A stretch of DNA of 64,000 nt from Eledone cirrhosa (lineage: Eukaryota). Position numbers and translations under genes: made by a program. The stretch spans positions 2,294,001-2,358,000 of the forward strand of contig OZ024763.1 of the NCBI GenBank assembly GCA_964016885.1, in the 5' to 3' direction. Positions 50,738 through 64,000 of this stretch are shown here, piece by piece; position 1 is the first letter of the stretch, and each line of letters starts with the position of its first letter. Below the pieces are notes generated by a model. The model searched no databases. It saw only the letters and a program-made list of their open reading frames with translations, and was not told where the DNA came from.

Positions 50738-51898
50738 CAGATATTTTTGCATACACAATAACAAAACAGATATTTTTGCATACACAATAACAAAACAGAT
50801 ATTTTTGCATACACAATAACAAAACAGATATTTTTGCATACACAATAACAAAACAGATATTTTTGCATACACAATAACAAAACAGATATTTTTACATACA
50901 CAATAACAAAACAGATATTTTTGCATACACAATAACAAAACAGATATTTTTGCATACACAATAACAAAACAGATATTTTTGCATGCACAATAACAAAACA
51001 GATATTTTTGCATGCACAATAACAAAACAGATATTTTTGCATACACAATAACAAAACAGATATTTTTGCATACACAATAACAAAACAGATATTTTTGCAT
51101 ACACAATAACAAAACAGATATTTTTGCATACACAATAACAAAACAGATATTTTTGCATGCACAATAACAAAACAGATATTTTTGCATGCACAATAACAAA
51201 ACAGATATTTTTGCATACACAATAACAAAACAGATATTTTTGCATACACAATAACAAAACAGATATTTTTGCATACACAATAACAAAACAGATATTTTTG
51301 CATGCACAATAACAAAACAGATATTTTTGCATACGCAATAACAAAACAGATACTTTTGCATACACAATAACAAAACAGATATGTTTGCATACACAATAAC
51401 AAAACAGATACTTTTGCATACACAATAACAAAACAGATACTTTTGCATACACAATAACAAAACAGATACTTTTGCATACACAATAACAAAACAGATACTT
51501 TTGCATACACAATAACAAAACAGATATTTTTGCATACACAATAACAAAACAGATACTTTTGCATACACAATAACAAAACAGATACTTTTGCATACACAAT
51601 AACAAAACAGATATTTTTGCATACACAATAACAAAACAGATACTTTTGCATACACAATAACAAAACAGATACTTTTGCATACACAATAACAAAACAGATA
51701 TTTTTGCATACACAATAACAAAACAGATATTTTTGCATACACAATAACAAAACAGATATTTTTGCATACACAATAACAAAACAGATATTTTTACATACAC
51801 AATAACAAAACAGATATTTTTACATACGCAATAACAAAACAGATATTTTTACATACACAATAACAAAACAGATATTTTTGCATACACAATAACAAAAT
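50738..51898. repeat. 29-bp minisatellite, ~40 copies, inside the Helitron
   Basis: CAGATATTTTTGCATACACAATAACAAAA. Confidence 0.95.
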
Positions 51899-52269
51899 AT
51901 AAACAAATGTATTTATTTCACGAGGCTCGATAAGGATAAATAAATATCAACTACATAAGAACCCTAGAGCAAATCCCGAGCAATGCCGGGCCATTCTGCT
52001 AGTATTTACTATTTTGTATACTTACTGTTCTATATATCTACTAATATATATATATTATGTGTATATATATTTACTATATATATATAATATAATGAAATTA
52101 TTGTGTACAGTGCTCAGGTGCACTACAATTCATCAAAGGTGAATGTATTGTACATAGAATAATGTACAAATGTCAGGAAAGGGAACAGTGTACGAGTCAT
52201 GATATATATGTGTGTTTGTGTATGGAGGGGGGACATCAGATGTAGGGGATATATATGTACTATTGTCAT

Positions 52270-52441
52270 CAGGGCCATCTTAACAGCATTATACCCCCCC
52301 CCCCCCCCCCCGGGGCAAAGCAGAGCACTGGGGCCCCTACCTACACAACCACCCACAGGAATAAAAATACAAATGGGGCCCCTATCCTCGTGGGGCCCCC
52401 TAGGCAACTGCCCAGCTTGCCCATGTGTTAAGATGGCCCTG
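52270..52441. mobile_element. hAT-type MITE
   Basis: TIRs CAGGGCCATCTTAAC / GTTAAGATGGCCCTG; perfect 8-bp TSD ATTGTCAT (52262-52269, 52442-52449). Confidence 0.92.
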
Positions 52442-52549
52442 ATTGTCATATATATATTTACTATTATATCTTTACTAATATATATATATATGCTTATTAT
52501 TGTATGTTTACTGTTATATATAGTTACTATGTGTATATATATATTTACT

Positions 52550-52588
<39 letters not shown>

Positions 52589-52880
52589 TATTCTAAATAT
52601 TTCTACTATATACATATATTTACTATGTGTATATGTTTACTGCTATATATATTTACTATGTTTATATATAATATTGTATCTATATACTATTGTATATATT
52701 TCTGCCATATATATTTACAATATATATATATATTTACTAATATATATTTACTATTGTATATATTTCTGCCATATATATTTATTTTATATATATCTACTGT
52801 TATATATATTTACTATGTATATATATTTACTGTTATATATATCTACTGTTATATATATTTACTATGTATATATATCTATA

Positions 52881-53000
52881 GTGAAGGCGTGTGGCTGAGT
52901 GGTTAGAGAATTGGATTCGCAATCGTAAGGTTGTGAGTTCGATTCCTGGACCGGGCGATGCGTTATGTCCTTGAGCAAGACACTTTATTTCACGTTGCTC
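52881..53000 (+). mobile_element. tRNA-derived SINE head plus CORE-like segment
   Basis: TGGCTGAGTGG A box, GAGTTCGATTC B box, CCTTGAGCAAGACACTT. Confidence 0.85.
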
Positions 53001-53142
53001 CTTCTACCTGGAGTTGCGACCGATAGATAGTATTAGCAATTGGAAAGACCAACGGAAACATTGTTCCCTCGGTCCGATTTGACGAAAGTCGATCGATCCT
53101 ATATATATATCTACTGTTATATATATTTACTGTGTATATATA

Positions 53143-53290
53143 TTCACTAAAATGTTATTTTTGTCTCTTTTGTAGGTAAGTTCATGTTTGAAAATATTTT
53201 CCATATTTTCTACTTTAAATCTGTGATACACTGGATATTGTCAACACAGGTAAAACTATATTTATTTTATCTTGTTTTCTCTGTGTGTGG
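53143..53290 (+). other. Second copy of AG|GTAAGT site and 74-nt exon-like segment (53176-53249)
   Basis: Near-identical to 10912-11060. Confidence 0.45.
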
Positions 53291-53340
53291 AGAGTATATG
53301 TATATATGCTTAGACCTTGGGGTCCTGACTCTTTTCCTAT

Positions 53341-53681
53341 ATCATCATCATCATCATCATTTTGCGTCCGCTTTTCCCTGCTTGCAAGGGTTGGGACGGG
53401 AACTGATTCTGGCTTGATTTCTACAGCTGGATGCCCTTCCTAACACCAACCTCATTTACAGTGAGTGCTGGGTGCTTTTTTCCCGTGGCACCTCCACGAC
53501 CACTTTGCAGTGGAATAATAGGGACCCCAGTCCCTATCATCTCATTTCTACAGCTGAGTAAACTGGAGCAATGTGAAATAAAGTGTCTTGCTCAAGGAAA
53601 CAACACATCACCTGGTCTGAGAATTGAACTCACAACCTTTCGATTGCAAGCCCAATGGTCTAACCACTAAGCCACGTGCAA
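53341..53681 (-). mobile_element. SINE family A, full length
   Basis: Near-identical to 6253-6592. Confidence 0.9.
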
Positions 53682-53939
53682 GTAATAATAATAAATTTGA
53701 AGACTAAAATCCAAAGAGTTCTCGATAAGGATAAATATATATCAAATATATAAGAACCGTAGAGCAAATATATATATATATATAGAATATGCTCCGAAAT
53801 CATTAGACATGTCCATCGAACCTGCGGGTCCAGAATCAGACAGATCCACACAATGATCGCGTCTCGAGCTGTCTGCCGGGGAAACAATTGTAACACTCAA
53901 TAAATTGAGTTCAGATGCATCACTGATTTTTCGTTTTAT

Positions 53940-54007
<68 letters not shown>

Positions 54008-54037
54008 ATAGATAGATATGTGTATGTGTGTATATAT

Positions 54038-54155
54038 ATAGGGTGTCCCCCCCAAAAAAATGTATACACACTTGAACAGTATTCTAATAAATATTGGCTG
54101 TACAGGTAATCAAAGTGTGTATACATTTTTTTTGGGGGGGGGGGGGGCCCTCTGT
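54038..54155. mobile_element. Tc1-type mini-MITE
   Basis: AGGGTGTCCCCCCAAAAAAATGTATACACAC / GTGTGTATACATTTTTTTGGGG..CCCT TIRs. Confidence 0.65.
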
Positions 54156-54164
54156 ATATGTGTC

Positions 54165-54184
54165 CTATATATATATATTAGACA

Positions 54185-54217
<33 letters not shown>

Positions 54218-54415
54218 TAGACATCTCTCTCTCTATATATATATTAGACATCTCTCTCTCTATATATATATATATATTAGACATCTCTCTCTCTATATAT
54301 ATATATATATATTAGACATCTCTCTCTCTATATATATATATTAGACATCTCTCTCTCTCTATATATATATATATTAGACATCTCTCTCTCTCTATATATA
54401 TATATATATTAGACA

Positions 54416-54446
<31 letters not shown>

Positions 54447-54584
54447 TAGACATCTCTCTCTCTATATATATATATATATTAGACATCTCTCTCTATATAT
54501 ATATATATATATTAGACATCTCTCTCTCTATATATATATATATATTAGACATCTCTCTCTCTCTATATATATATATATTAGACA

Positions 54585-54618
<34 letters not shown>

Positions 54619-54623
54619 AGACA

Positions 54624-54686
<63 letters not shown>

Positions 54687-54690
54687 TGAG
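54165..54690. repeat. Compound minisatellite TTAGACA(TC)n(TA)n
   Basis: About 14 units. Confidence 0.9.
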
Positions 54691-54829
54691 GTGATCTGTT
54701 TTATGTTAACATCAAATTCCTTCCACTATGACTCTACCTTTTCTTCTTCTTCTTCTTCTTCTGGGTTTCAGATCAATAAAATAAAATACCAGTCAAGTGT
54801 TCTGTTTGATATTGATTGGTTCAGATTGG

Positions 54830-58200
<3,371 letters not shown>

Positions 58201-58211
58201 ATATATATATA

Positions 58212-58322
58212 TAAGTTTATCCCAGTTTCAATTGGAGGAAACCACAGTAAGTAAGGTACTCAATACATAGCAGAGTATAAATATTTAATATCGTCCTTTA
58301 GAAGCCATTTCTATATTAAATA
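58212..58322 (-). mobile_element. PLE-like family 6 tail with inverted upstream piece
   Basis: 58212-58290 matches the reverse complement of 32418-32498; 58293-58322 matches 32927-32955 in + sense. Confidence 0.65.
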
Positions 58323-58344
58323 TATATATATACTTGATAATGAT

Positions 58345-58350
58345 GATATA

Positions 58351-58427
<77 letters not shown>

Positions 58428-58464
58428 ACATATATATGTATATTTATGTATGTATATATATATA

Positions 58465-58525
<61 letters not shown>

Positions 58526-58550
58526 ATATATTTATATATTTATATATATA

Positions 58551-58602
<52 letters not shown>

Positions 58603-58900
58603 TATATTTATATATTTATATTTATATTTATATATTTATATTTATATATATATATTTATATATATATATTTATATATATATATTTATATTTATATATTTA
58701 TATTTATATATATATATTTATATATATATATTTATATATATATATTTATATATATATATTTATATTTATATATTTATATATATATATTTATATATTTATA
58801 TATATATTTATATATATATATTTATATATTTATATATTTATATATATAAATATATATATATATATATTTATATATATTTATATTTTTATATATATATTTA

Positions 58901-58971
<71 letters not shown>

Positions 58972-59161
58972 ATATATAATAACGTTATCAAATGAAAGCT
59001 ATTGAATATAAACCTACGGACACAACAGAAATAATAGTTCTGTATTAGATTAGTTTGGGAGAGAGACAGAGAGATAGATAAAAATACATATATATATATA
59101 GAGAGAGGGGGGGGGGCTGACACACAGACAGAGACAGACAGATAGAGAGAGATATAGAAAG

Positions 59162-59199
<38 letters not shown>

Positions 59200-59208
59200 T
59201 ATAGAAAG

Positions 59209-59250
<42 letters not shown>

Positions 59251-59467
59251 TATATAGAAAGATATATATATATGAGAGAGAGATAGTAAGTTATATATAT
59301 ATATATGAGAGAGAGAGAGGGGGGGGGGCTGACACACAGACAGAGACAGACAGACAGATAGAGAGAGATATAGAAAGATATATATATATGAGAGAGAGAG
59401 ATAGAAAGTTATATACATATATATATATATATATGAGAGAGGGAGAGAGAGATAGAAAGTTATATAC

Positions 59468-59504
<37 letters not shown>

Positions 59505-59588
59505 ATATATATATATATATAGAGAGAGAGAGAAGGGGGGGGGCTGACACACAGACAGAGACAGACAGACAGATAGAGATATAGAAAG

Positions 59589-59626
<38 letters not shown>

Positions 59627-59678
59627 TAGAAACTTATATACACATATATATTTATATATAGAGATAGAGAGAGAAAGC

Positions 59679-59720
<42 letters not shown>

Positions 59721-59730
59721 TATAGAAAGT

Positions 59731-59810
<80 letters not shown>
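58345..59810. repeat. (TA)n/(TATT) and (GA)/(TA) compound microsatellites
   Basis: Visible. Confidence 0.95.
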
Positions 59811-59811
<1 letters not shown>

Positions 59812-60351
59812 TTTGAGCCAGTTAAGTATGTAAACAAAGTGACAATATTGTAGAAAGGTATATAAGCAATAGCTCTTTATTAGATTAGAATAAGAAAATA
59901 GGGAGTAAAAGATTGAGTCAGGGAGCTGTGTAACTAGATTGATTACAGGGACAGCAGGACTGGGGGTGAGGAGGCGGAGGGGGGACTATAGCACTTGTTT
60001 ATATATATATATATATCATATCAGAGTAAGGGGTTAACCTTACAGGGATGTGTAGACCCTATTATGGTTTGTTGGTTGTGAAGCAGATAAAGAGAAGCAC
60101 CCAACGACCTGTATAAATGGTACAAAACGGAACATTATATATTAATAAAAGATCGGAGGCCATAATTTTCTCCCAAAACATTTACTTTTCATAATACAGG
60201 GGCCGGCCAAACGCATGGTGTTGTTTCTTTGACAGCCGGACCCTTATATATATATATATATATATAAAATGAGGTAAATATCTCTCTGAGTACTAAGTAC
60301 CCATAGAGATATATAGGGTGTCTATAATATAATATATATATATATATATAA

Positions 60352-60760
60352 GACCCGCCTTACCTAAGTACAAAGTGAAACCTACTACAGTCAGTAGGCA
60401 TCTCTAACAAAATACACCCCCATCCCACCACCCCCACCCCATCCACACCGCCCCTTTCAATGTAAAGTTATGTTGGCACCACAACATCCAGCCCGAAACA
60501 AATGAGATCGTGTAGGTGTCACAACAAAAAAACATACAGTCCACGCTGTAATGTGGCCGTGTAGGTAACACGGTAAAAACCTCCCAGTCCACACTGTAAA
60601 CGTGGTTGGTGTTAGGAAGGGCATCCAGCCGTAGAAAACCCACCAGACAGTCCTGTACGAGCAAGACAACCACTCTTGCCTCAAGTGGGAAAACTCCCGT
60701 CCAAACCCATGCAAGCGTGGAAGATGGACGTTAAACAATGATGATGATGATGATGATGAT
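60352..60760 (+). mobile_element. SINE-like subfamily B, long copy
   Basis: Colinear with 40700-41085. Confidence 0.8.
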
Positions 60761-61138
60761 ATATAGATGATGATGATATACAGATAAACCTACCACTCAG
60801 TGGTAGGGTCTAAACCGTATAAAGAACTCAATGTAATCCGTTTATTTCTGAAGACGGTGGGTAGTGAAGACTATGCATTTTTTTCTTACTATGATATTTT
60901 GTAATATGTTTTACATAGATCAATAATTGAATGAACATTCAGAGAACTACCCCCGCCCCCCCAGAAACGATCGTAAAATAATGAGTTTTACTATGAATTA
61001 ACAGTTTTGTGTTTAATTTCATTGTTTTAATATTTCTCTCTCTATATATATAGTTAAATATTAGACAGGAACAAAAAACAGAGAAGCATTACAAATGGTA
61101 GTTTATTAGGTTCACGCTTTTGAAAGTGGGAGAGGGGG

Positions 61139-61166
61139 GACGTTTCGGGCATAAGCCCTTCATCAG
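61139..61166 (-). ncRNA. Minimal Penelope-type hammerhead core
   Basis: CTGATGA-AGGGC TTAT GCCC-GAAA-CG-TC; stem I does not pair locally; lies in (TA)n-flanked insert 61053-61222. Confidence 0.55.
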
Positions 61167-61411
61167 GAGAAAAGTGGGTAGGAAGTAGAGTTCCGCGGGT
61201 GTGTGGGGGAGTGATGGAAAGATATATATATATAAATATATATATACACACACACACACTTAGAAGTGTCAGCTGAAAAGTTCCTAGGCTGACCAAGACA
61301 CTCTCAAGAAATGACCAAATGAGGTTTATTTGTCAACATAGTCCCTCGAAAGTAACAACGCAGTTATTAAGAAGAGTTGAAATTAATGCACCTTGCCACA
61401 CCCTCTTTGTT

Positions 61412-61754
61412 ATCATCATTCATTTCATCATTTTACGTCCGCTTTTCCCTGCTTGCAAGGGTGGGACGGGAACTGATTCTGGCTTGATTTCTACAGCTGG
61501 ATGCCCTTCCTAACACCAACCTCATTTACAGTGAGTGCTGGGTGCTTTTTTGCCGTGGCACCTCCACGACCACTTTGCAGTGGAATGATAGGGACCCTAG
61601 TCCCTATCATCTCATTTCTACAGCTGAGTAAACTGGAGCAATGTGAAATAAAGTGTCTTGCTCAAGGAAACAACACATCACCCGGTCTGAGAATTAAACT
61701 CACAACCTTTCGATTGCAAGCCCAATGCTCTAACCACTAAGCCATGTGCCTCCA
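61412..61754 (-). mobile_element. SINE family A, full length
   Basis: Near-identical to 6253-6592. Confidence 0.9.
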
Positions 61755-61948
61755 TATATATATATATGTATTAATAAAAGATCTGAGGCCATAATCAGTT
61801 GATTCAGGTTTATTTAAAACTCCGTCATACATATTTCACTGAGGTCTATCAGTTAAGATAGAGGTGGAGGAGGCACTATATCACTTGTTTCAAACTATTC
61901 CATAGAAGAAATATTATTAATAGTGATATATATTCCCCCTCACCCTCC

Positions 61949-62926
61949 CACTGTAAAGTGGACGTGGAGTTGCCACAGAAAAAAGCACCCAGCCCACACT
62001 GTAAAGTGGACGTGGAGTTGCCACAGAAAAAAGCACCCAGCACTCATTGTAAAGTGGATGTGGAGGTGCCACAGAAAAAAAGCACCCAGCCCACACTGCA
62101 AAGTGGACGTGGAGGTGCCACTGAAAAAAGCACCCAGCCCACACTGTAAAGTGGACGTGGAGGTGCCACAGAAAAAAGCACCCAGCCCACACTGTAAAGT
62201 GGACGTGGAGGTGCCACAGAAAAAAAGCACCCAGCCCACACTGTAAAGTGGACGTGGAGGTGCCACAGAAAAAAAGCACCCAGCACTCACTGTAAAGTGG
62301 ACGTGGAGGTGCTACAGAAAAAAGCACCCAGCACTCACTGTAAAGTGGACGTGGAGGTGCCACAGAAAAAAGCACCCAGCCCACACTGTAAAGTGGACGT
62401 TGAGGTGCCACAGAAAAAAGCACCCAGCACACACTGTAAAGTGGACGTGGAGGTGCCACAGAAAAAAGCACCCAGCCCACACTGTAAAGTGGACGTGGAG
62501 GTGCCACAGAAAAAAAGCACCCAGCACTCACTGTAAAGTGGACGTGGAGGTGCTACAGAAAAAAGCACCCAGCACTCACTGTAAAGTGGACGTGGAGGTG
62601 CCACAGAAAAAAGCACCCAGCCCACACTGTAAAGTGGACGTTGAGGTGCCACAGAAAAAAGCACCCAGCACACACTGTAAAGTGGACGTGGAGGTGCCAC
62701 AGAAAAAAGCACCCAGCCCACACTGTAAAGTGGACGTGGAGGTGCCACAGAAAAAAGCACCCAGCCCACACTGTAAAGTGGACGTGGAGGTGCCACAGAA
62801 AAAAGCACCCAGCACTCACTGTAAAGTGGACGTGGAGGTCAGCCGACTGGACGCTGCCCACAACAGGACAACCTGTCTAACCCATGCTAGCGTGGAAGAA
62901 TGGACGTAAAACGGTGATGAGGATGA
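61949..62926 (+). repeat. 48-49-bp SINE-derived minisatellite (~18 copies) ending in retroelement tail
   Basis: CACTGTAAAGTGGACGTGGAGGTGCCACAGAAAAAAGCACCCAGCCCA; tail CCCATGCTAGCGTGGAAGAATGGACGTAAAACGGTGATG. Confidence 0.9.
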
Positions 62927-63129
62927 TATGTGTGTACAGACTTCTTCTTAGTCCCCTCCTCCAAGCCAAAATAGCTTCACCTCCCTCCACCCCACCCTGT
63001 ACTACAGGGATATAATAAACTTATTGACATACAACCAATAACAGTTTATTAGATTAGTAGCGAGAAAATATATAAGAGACTGAGTGAATATAAGAAGGCG
63101 TTTGACTCATCTGTGTAAATAGACTAAGG

Positions 63130-64000
63130 TAGGGTGTGGTGTGGTGTGGTTGTTGTGTGGTGTAGTAGTATGGTGTGGTGTTGTGTGATGTGGTGTGGTG
63201 TAGTGTAGTGTAGTAGTATTGTGTGGTGTTGCATGGTGTGGTGTAGTGTAGTAGTATGGTGTTGTGTTGTGTGATGTGGTGTAGTGTGGTGTAGTGTAGT
63301 AGTATGGTGTTGTGGTGTAGTGTAGTAGTATGGTGTGGTGTGGTGTGTTGTATTGTGTGATGTGGTGTAGTGTAGTAGAGTGGGGTGGGAGGGTTGTCAT
63401 GTGGGGGTGGTATGGTGGTGTGTAGTGTGATGTATTATGCTGTGGTGGTGTGGTATAGTAAAGTGCGGGTTGTTGTGGTGTGGTGTAGTGTCGATGGTGT
63501 GGTGTTGGAGAGGGTATCAGTGGAGGTGTCGAAGGGGGGTGAGGGTCAGATTCAAATTAGCTGGAAATGGATTGTATCTGTTTCTTATCTCCCTGGTATT
63601 GTTTCCTGGCGGCCATTATGGAGGAGGAGGAGGGCTGGGGGGTTGATTTCATCTTACAACCATCATCAACAACAACATTATCATCACTACTAACACCATT
63701 GCCATCATCACCAACACTATCACCACCAACCACCACCACCTCACACCACCACCATCACTGTCACCACCACACCCACAAGTTGCCATCATCACATGCACAC
63801 ACACACACACACACCACCACCATCACATATACACACACTACCAACACCACCACCACCACCACCGCACCTCCATCACCGCACCTCCACCCCCACACCATCA
63901 CACCCCCACCACTAACAACAGTATCACCCCCCACACCCTCACCACATCACCACCACCACCATACCACCACACCAACACCACCAAATGGCTACACCACCAC
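63130..64000. repeat. GTG/GTA and CAC low-complexity tracts
   Basis: Visible; short unique island about 63505-63660. Confidence 0.85.

Larger units (their letters stand above)
50129..52002 (+). mobile_element. Non-autonomous Helitron, complete
   Basis: A|TCTATATATCTAAAA..GTCTGTCTG 5' end; 3' hairpin CCCGAGCAATGCCGGG (51975-51990) then CTAG|T; no TSD; fragment of the 3' region at 53720-53768. Confidence 0.85.

Noticed and set aside
60845-60880. CTGAAGA..GAAG hammerhead-like string
   Set aside because: No GAAA and no pairable stems I-III

Overview
Eukaryotic, very AT-rich, microsatellite-saturated DNA; the SINE/LINE repertoire suggests a cephalopod (Octopus-like) genome, which is inference only. 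No protein-coding gene could be identified. Almost all ORFs in the track are translations of (TA)/(CA)/(GGT)/(CT) microsatellites, minisatellites or SINE antisense strands. Recognisable repeats are two tRNA-derived SINE families (CORE-like and Nin-like), 3' fragments of CR1-, RTE- and Tx1/L1-type LINEs, a complete non-autonomous Helitron, hAT/piggyBac/Tc1-mariner MITEs and several minisatellites that grew inside these elements. The main unexplained signal is a set of at least five sequence-unrelated families of short (150-650 bp) non-coding inserts embedded in (TA)n tracts. They carry type I hammerhead ribozyme folds (CUGANGA...GAAA...UH with pairable stems I-III). They usually occur as head-to-head inverted pairs (one long arm with a 3' tail, one short arm), and most share a 3' ACTC..GAGTRC hairpin. 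They look like non-autonomous Penelope-like (PLE)/retrozyme-type retroelements. One copy has arms from two different subfamily variants, which suggests two opposing priming events on the self-complementary (TA)n target. Also noted: a duplicated perfect AG|GTAAGT recursive-splice-like site, related candidate plus-strand exons, and a chain of minus-strand exon-like islands without a coherent ORF.
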